DNA of 64,000 nucleotides, taken from contig OZ025720.1 in NCBI GenBank assembly GCA_964019335.1, forward strand, positions 62,001 through 126,000, in the 5' to 3' direction. The notes under the pieces were generated by a model. That model saw only the letters and a program-made list of their open reading frames with translations, did not search any database and was not told where the DNA came from. How positions within the stretch are numbered: position 1 is the first letter of the stretch; the number at the start of each line of letters is the position of its first letter. The translations under genes and the position numbers were made by a program. Shown piece by piece: positions 57,055 through 64,000 of the stretch. Origin of the DNA: Diplonema japonicum (lineage: Eukaryota > Protista > Euglenozoa: Diplonemea).

Positions 57055-58767
57055 TTCTTTTTTTCTTTTTTTTTTTGTGTGGTAGCTTTTTTTTTTTTTT
57101 TTTTTTTTTTTTCCCCTTCCCCACTCGAAATTAAAAAAATATAAAATGGGGGGGGGTTAAGTAAAAAAAAAGGAAAGATTGAATGAAGAAAAAAAAGGGG
57201 GTAATTGGGTTTAAAAAAAAAAGAAATAACTAAAAAGGAAAAAAAAAAAATGGAGATGGGGGGAAAGAGGGGGGGGAAAAAAAAGGTTGGAAAGACAACA
57301 AAAGTAAATGTGGAGGGGGTGGGTGGGTGTATTGGGTGTATGGAACGGGATAATATTCTCCCCTCTCTTTTCTTTAAATCTTTCTTCTTCGATTTCGTAT
57401 CCTCTCTCCTCTGGTTTTTCTCTCTATCTGCTATCGGAGTACCAGAATTGTACAGAATCTCGCATTCTGGGGGAAGAAAAAAAAGTAGAACTGGTAAAAA
57501 AAAAAAAAAAGGAAAAAAAAGAAACAGATAGAAGAAGCACAACTTCCCTTAAACCCTTGTTACAAACAATAAAAAAAAGACCCAAATTATTCTTTTTAAA
57601 AATTTTTTTTTAAAAAAAAGTTACGCCAATCACTCTTTTGTATTTTTCTTTTTCTTTTTTTTTTTTTTTTTAATTATTTATCTACAATATGGGGGAAGAG
57701 ATAAGAAGAAAAAAAAAGAAAAAAAGAAAAGGAAAGGTAAAGGAAGAAAAAAGAACCGGGGTTTTCTTTCTCAATCACAACCTCAAAATAAAAAAAAGAG
57801 TCTGAAAGCTAATTGATTTTGGAGCCTGCTTTTATGCAAGAAAGATAAAGATAAAGATAAGATAAAGAAATTAGAGTGTGGGCTGGTAAGGTTGAGGTAA
57901 CAAGAAGGAAGGGAGAGAAGAATGCAATTAAAGGGGAAAGCAAGAACACGAGTACATTTATTTTCCTCTACACGCCCAATCCCCCCCTTTTTTTTTGAAA
58001 CGGACAAGTGACCAAGGGTCAGGAACTAACAGTAAGAGAGAGGAGCTGAAAAAAAAAAAAAAAAAAAAAAGGAATGGCTTCGGAAAAAAATTATCTTTTT
58101 TTTCTTTCTTTCCCCCCCTTTTTTTTTTCTCTTTTTTTGAAAAAGGGAAAACGGAATAAACACGGACACAAGTCATCGATGTAAAATCAGAAGAAAAAAA
58201 AAAAATCATGCACCTGATATTTTTTCGAGACTTAAGCACAACCACGAATACGGTCAAGGTGAATAAAAATAAAAATAAAAATAAAAAAAAAGGACAGTTT
58301 TTTCTTCTTTTCTTTCTTCTTTTCCTAAAAATTCTTCCCCTGACCACCCATGTATAAATATCAGCCACTTCGTTCCTCTGACCTACCTCAACCTGAACCG
58401 CAACAAGGGTGACTACCTAAATAAGGGGAAAATAAGAATCAAATAAAAAGGGGGAAAAAGAGGTCCTAGCCGCTTGTTCTCTTCTCTTTTCTCTTTGTAG
58501 TTCTGTTTGTTGCATACAAGGGGAGGAGGGAGGGAAAGAGGTATCGACGTGCGAAAAACAATGAAGCCTAAAAAAAAAAAAAAAAAAAAAAACAAGGCCA
58601 AAAAAAAAAAAAAAAATAACACGCACTTTTTTTTTTTTCTCTTTTTTTTGAGTAGTAGTTTCTAAGTTTCTCACGGACCCAATCTTCACCCCCCCACCCG
58701 TCCCATAGCGAGATTTTTTATTTTCGAAAAAAAATATAAAGAAAAGAAGAAAAAAAATTCATCCCCC

Positions 58768-61700
58768 CTACAATTCGTAAGTCATAACACCAGCGGCTGC
58801 CGACACAAACATGACGGGACCCATCTTGCGAGTAAGGAGCCTATTTTTTTTTTTTTTTTCCCCTCGTCCCCATTTCTCTCTATCCTGTCATACCTGAGGT
58901 CCTGCACAAAGGAGTCCGCAACAGAGTCGGATAGCCTCCCCACAGGCAAGGCAGGGAGGGGCATGATGGTGACTGCAGTCTTGCCTTGCTGCTGAGTGAT
59001 GAGCGTGTGGAGAACGGAGTACTGGACAGCGCGGGGGAGGTGGCCCAGCAAGCTGTCCATCCCGTTGGCGTTGTTAGCCTTCATGGTCTGCATCTGTGCT
59101 GCGGAGTCGCCTGACCACCTAGTGCGCGATGTCGGGGACGTCAGCTGCACTGAGGTGTTGTCCACAGAAGCCTTCGCAAGCACTGCAATGGCAGCAGCAA
59201 CACCTGCCTCCCAAGACCCGAGGCACCTCGCGGCATCGGATGCCTGCACAGCCATCGACTTGCTCCACGCACCAGGCGACGACTGCTCCAGCTGCCACAC
59301 CTGGATGGTGGCGGGGACTCTCATCTTCCTCACCACACGGCCGTGCAGGTCTGCGTATCTCACCTTCGTCGCTGCTAAGGTGTCATCGTCATCTTCCACA
59401 AACGAGCACACCCTGATGTAGGTGCTCTTCGCCCAGTGGTCCTGCTTCCACAACATGTCTGCCAGCTGCATTCCGAGGCCAAGGTCTTCCTTCGTTCCCC
59501 ACGGGCATTCCCAAACGTCGATCCTAAGCTTCTCCTGCCCCGACGACGGCGGCAGGGTGGCCCTCGGCCCCGCGATCTCCTCGTCATCCTTCCTCCCGAA
59601 GAACTCCATCATCGTCCGCCTCGCCTTCGATTGCTTCTGCACAATGGTCGCAAGGTCCAGCCTCTCAAAGTTCCCGTTCACCACGAGGTTCATGTCCATC
59701 TCTGTGGCGTCCATGAGCGCAGTGCAGAAGTCCACGTTGCTGATCTTCCCCTCCTGCTGCAGGGGCACCGCAGAGTTCCATGTCACTGCCTTGTTGATGG
59801 GCCTTCGCACACCCTTCTCGCTCTTTGTGCACAGAACGGAATTCAAAGAGGCCTGCTTGGCGTCATACTTTGTGACTCTCTCGTTGCTCGGCATCCCGAT
59901 CACGACGGTGTTGGGCTTCATCCCACCAAGGCCCGCGGTCATCATCAGCGAGCGGCACCCGTCCCTGAAAGACCTGGACATCGTGACCTCTACAAAAGCC
60001 TTAATCTTGGCCTCAGAGATGAACTCCTGCCAGTCCCTGCGTCTTGCCTGCAGCTGGGAGAGCTCGCCCCTGCTGAAACCTTCGTCCTTGTTCACAACAA
60101 CATCGCCGACGATGAGCTGTGCAGTGAAGTGTTGTGTATTGTTGTGCACATACCAAGCCACCCTTCTTCAAGTCGTTCATGAACTCGAAGAGGTTGACCT
60201 TGCCCTGCGGGGAGGTGGACAGCATCAGGAATCTTGCCCTCCAGAACTTCACGTGTTCGTAGTGCCCCAACCTCAAAAGGTACTTCCTAACCTGGTGGAA
60301 GATCAACGCTTGTGTAACGTCACCCCAGTCCTTGTCGGAAGAGTCCACCCTAGCAGAGACGTACCAAGTGAGGATACCCAGAATCACCATGGCAATAAGA
60401 GTTGCCATCCACTGGATGTAGATCATGAGCCCCAAGCAGAGAATGCCGCCAGAGAGAGCGGTGAACCATGAAAAGAGGCGGAAACGGGGACGGAAGTTTG
60501 GTGCTCCGGCGATGGTATACAGGAAGGTGGCGAAGTTTGTAGTGGCATAGGTGATCAACATGAACATAGTGAGGATGGGTGCCAGCACGTTCAAGCTTCC
60601 GATGCTTAACAAGCACAAAGACAGGAAGGACGACACCACGATGGCCAGGGCAGGCTCACCTCTCCACATAGTCTTGAAGATGCTCAGGGCTGGGAAGAGG
60701 TCGTCCTGCGCCACAGCCTGTAACAGTCTCGCAGCGCTCTGGATAGAAGCGAGCGCAGAGCTTCCCGTTGAAATCATGACACCAACGATGACACCTGTTG
60801 GCCACCACGTCACCTTCGCCAGGATCAGGTAGTCGTTCTTCAGCGCATCCCTGTCACACGAAGCACCCAACGAGAGCACCATGATGCTGTACAGCACAAG
60901 CGCGGAAGTCAGCGCTGACAGCTCACCTCTTGGGATGGCAAGCTCGGGCCTCCTCAACACACCGGACATGTTGGTGCCCGCCATGATGCCCGTCATGGCA
61001 GGGAACACGATCCCGAACACCTTGGAGAAGCTCCCGTTATCGTCGAAGTCGGGCCACAAGTTGTTGTTGAGCGTGTTCCAGCTCGGCCCTGTGAAGTTCA
61101 TCTGGATAACAAGAGAGCTGTTGACGTCGGAGGTGTCTGTCCATTGGAACTCATCACGGAAGAGGAGCCCCACGTTGCCGTACAGCTGCGCCATGACCTG
61201 GATCACAAGGATGCCGAACGCGGACTTTGAGTACAGGGAGGACGAGAAGATGCACAGGCAGGACTGCAGTAACAGCATCCCTGCGCCGATTGCAAGCTTC
61301 GGCCACTTTCCTTCGTCCTCGTCATACCCAATCTGCTTGCCAAGAGTGGATGTGAAGCCAGCGAGATAAAACGCGATACCGCAGATGTTGGCAGCAGCGA
61401 AGACCATTCCGATGGCACCACCAAGCTCGGGTCCGATCGATCGAGAGAGGAGGTAGTAGGTACCTCCTCCTGCTACACGTCCGTTGGTCGCCATGGCGGA
61501 GAGGGAGAGATCGGTGAGGACAGCCATAGTCCCGCCGATGCCGAACATGGCTAGTGTGCCCATAACACCAGCTTGGCCAACGGCCCACCCTAGTCGGAGG
61601 AACAGTACGGCGCCAATGATGGAGAGTAGACAAGGGACATAGACGCCCATGAAGGTGCCTAAACCTTTCCTAGTGATCTTGGGACGCCAATCGGAAGTCA

Positions 61701-62016
61701 CCTTCCCGCCCTGATGGGGAAGGAGCTTGCCCGACGAAGGGCTTACAGCCATGTCAATATTGATGACGCTTGGTGATGATGGTCGTGCTTCGCCCTCCCA
61801 TTGGCCCTCCCAGTCCTTAGAAGGTGCGATTTCTGTTTTTTTTTTTTTTTCTTTGTGGGGGTTTTGACTTAACATACCTGGGGCAGGGTTGATGAGAACA
61901 CCGTCCGGGAGCGCGTCCCCCTTTTCGTGATGATACTGTGCTTCATCGCTGATATCAGGCATGTCTTCTGCGTTGATTGCTTCTGACGCTAGCAAGGGCG
62001 CCTTATTGTTGGACAT
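58768..62016 (-). CDS. Cation-chloride cotransporter (SLC12, SLC12A9-like); introns 61833-61877, 60117-60153, 58841-58893
   Basis: GVYVPC...LFLRLGW, GGTYYLLSRSIGPELGG, FPAMTGIMAG, WGDVTQALIFHQVRKYLLRL, GLGGMKPNT. Confidence 0.93.
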
Positions 62017-62280
62017 CGGGCCCGTTTTTATTTGATACCCCCCCCCCCGTCCTTTTTTTGAGGTGTTCGGGGGGAGGGATCACAAAATAATGCTGGGGAA
62101 ACAAAACAAAAAGAAAAAGAGCTTTATATCTTCTTTGGTTGTTAAGAATAAAGCCCTTTCTTCTTTTTCTTTTCCTTTTTTTTTTTTAGTCGTTATTTTT
62201 TTTCTTCTTTTTTTTCTTTCGCGTCGGGGCCCCCTTTCTTTACAAGGATGCATCCAATGTATCCAGAAAGCCGTTAAAAT

Positions 62281-62318
<38 letters not shown>

Positions 62319-62644
62319 CTTCTTATTCGTGTTACTATGTCAAACCCCTTTTTTCTTTTTCTTCTTCTTCTTCTTTTTTGTTTGCGGGTTTGCGGGCTTC
62401 CTCAAAGAAAAAATGGGGAAAAAAGAGTGGATAAAAAATATAAGAGATAAAGGAGGCCAATATTGGTGGCGCAGCTCAAATTCTGCGCTCGTGCAGTTTT
62501 CTGCCTGTTCGTCACTCCGAGCATCTGCAATACGTTCTTCCACTTGGGCGCTACCGGTGATGACCGACGAGGAGGTCAACAGCGAACAACACATCTGATG
62601 TACTTCTTATATTTCCATGTTATCCCCACCACCAAAAAGTTTGG

Positions 62645-62758
62645 AGGATACAGCACCAGGGCTTCCCACGTGATCACTCACCGCAGTACTAACCTGGCCT
62701 GCTGGTGCTTAACTTCCCAAATCAGGCGGGATGGGGTATTCAGAGTATGGCCGTATCC
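62645..62758 (-). rRNA. 5S rRNA: 5S rRNA copy, probably a pseudogene (114 nt)
   Basis: GGATACGGCCATACT...GAAGTTAAGC...GGTTAGTACT...GGGAA...GTGCTGTATCCT; helix I closes; TTTTT a few nt downstream. Confidence 0.9.
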
Positions 62759-63206
62759 ATTTAAAAAAAAAAAAAAAAAAGCAACAAAACCGGGTGGGAG
62801 GAATCATAAGGAAGGCTTGGTCTCCACGCGCAATTTGGAAAACCCCACCCTAGCTCCAACTTTTTGCAAAATCTGCATTTTCTTGTGACGGGGGAAACGA
62901 GAAGGGGGGGGGGGAAAGGGGATGAAGGGTGGTGCAGTTCGAACTTTCATTCAACGTTGGAGGGGAGAAGGGGAGGGAAACTTCGAGGTGTTACATTTCC
63001 TTTTTTTTTTTTTTTCGTACAATCCACTTCCCCACCCCCACCCCCAAGCAATGCCACCTACCCTTGGTGACCTTAAGGAGAAAAAAAAAAAAAAAAACAC
63101 GCAAGGGGAAACACAAAAAAAATATATGAGTGAAAGAAAGTTATTGACAAGACACCCTCCCAGCTCAAAAGATAAAACAAACAGTTTTCTAAAATCTGCG
63201 ACACCC

Positions 63207-64000
63207 CTACAGCTTGGCCTTGCGTGGTGCAACCTTCGGCTTGGGATGGACAAAGACGTTGTGCGTGAAGGTACCGTGGAAAGAGATGGGGATATGGATA
63301 CCAAGCTTGAGCCTGCAGATCGGGCCCTTAGAAAGGTCCTTTGCGTCGAGAATGGCGAATTCTGTCCTGTGTGCCTTGGGGATGTAGTGCTGCACGATGA
63401 TCCATCCGTCGTCTTCGTCTCCGTGTGTGGCTGAGGCCTCGCCTAGTCTAGGGATGAAGCAGGGCTCTCCTACGATACCTTCGCTGTGCCACTTCCCTGG
63501 CCTCTCGTTGTGAAGGTCGTTCTTCACGACGTCGCAGTAGGGAAGCGCCACCCCTACGGCACCCCCCATTAAGTAGAAGAACCTCGGCTCCTCCACCCCC
63601 GCCCTCACACAATGCCTGAATTGGTTCACAAACGGGAACTCACACCCTACCCTCTCCGTCTCTTTGATGACAACCCTCTTCATTGTCGGTTCCCCGCGGA
63701 GGTCCACCACGTACTGCTGCATCACCCCCGGAGCCTCACCTGTGTTCCCGAGGAATAGCTTATGCTGCCATTCCATCGTGAAGCCCGGTGGCAGGCAGCA
63801 TGCGTTGAACTTCAAGGATTGCCCGTCTGGTGTCTCGTACACGTTGCCGAAGTGGTAGATGTGGCAGGGCTCCGTTTCCAGTTGGATGATCCTGGGCGGG
63901 GCCGCACCCGCTTCTGTGGACTGCCTCCTCTCTACAAGTACCATCTTTGACGGGCACTCTGGGTAGTGGCGCAGCGACTCCCCTGGTGATGTCTTGCCCT
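63207..64000 (-). CDS. Carotenoid cleavage oxygenase (RPE65/CCD family), C-terminal part
   Basis: HIYHFGNVYE, CEFP, GEPCFIPR, EDDGWII, ILDAKDL, PISFHGTF; runs off the window edge. Confidence 0.9.
   Translation of the reverse strand, partial: GKTSPGESLRHYPECPSKMVLVERRQSTEAGAAPPRIIQLETEPCHIYHFGNVYETPDGQSLKFNACCLPPGFTMEWQHKLFLGNTGEAPGVMQQYVVDLRGEPTMKRVVIKETERVGCEFPFVNQFRHCVRAGVEEPRFFYLMGGAVGVALPYCDVVKNDLHNERPGKWHSEGIVGEPCFIPRLGEASATHGDEDDGWIIVQHYIPKAHRTEFAILDAKDLSKGPICRLKLGIHIPISFHGTFTHNVFVHPKPKVAPRKAKL

Noticed and set aside
59422-60471. Long plus-strand ORFs (also 4067-5041, 7495-8187, 38794-39543)
   Set aside because: Antisense shadows of GC-rich minus-strand genes; no motifs.
17700-62450. 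Numerous short poly-K/poly-F ORFs on both strands, and K/F-rich N-terminal extensions of real ORFs
   Set aside because: They are translations of homopolymer spacers; true starts lie downstream of the A-runs.
62300-63200. Spliced-leader RNA gene next to the 5S copy
   Set aside because: No euglenozoan SL exon-like sequence (…CAGTTTCTGTACTTTATTG/GT) seen on either strand.

Overview
Eukaryotic (protist) genomic DNA. All ~25 protein genes I can support, and a 5S rRNA copy, lie on the minus strand across the whole 64 kb. Many genes carry very short (33-71 nt) GT-AG introns. This combination suggests a euglenozoan, most likely a diplonemid (inference). The left ~17 kb is gene-dense and holds three WGR-domain loci. 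One of them is a chimaera in which the PARP DNA-sensing WGR domain and part of the PARP helical domain are fused to an R-S-E (ARTC-type) mono-ADP-ribosyltransferase instead of a PARP catalytic domain. The right ~47 kb has housekeeping genes (ABCD transporter, cold-shock protein, dymeclin, ARM/coiled-coil protein, SK-like K+ channel, DYRK kinase, CAX, RPL35a, LRR protein, SLC12 transporter, carotenoid oxygenase). These are separated by homopolymer-rich spacers that host several non-autonomous mobile element families: Helentron-like elements with a subterminal inverted repeat plus hairpin, two TIR elements, a ~42 bp hairpin micro-element and a 5S-adjacent repeat. Many introns have a poly(A) run where the polypyrimidine tract should be. 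All calls come from reading motifs by eye; no searches were run.
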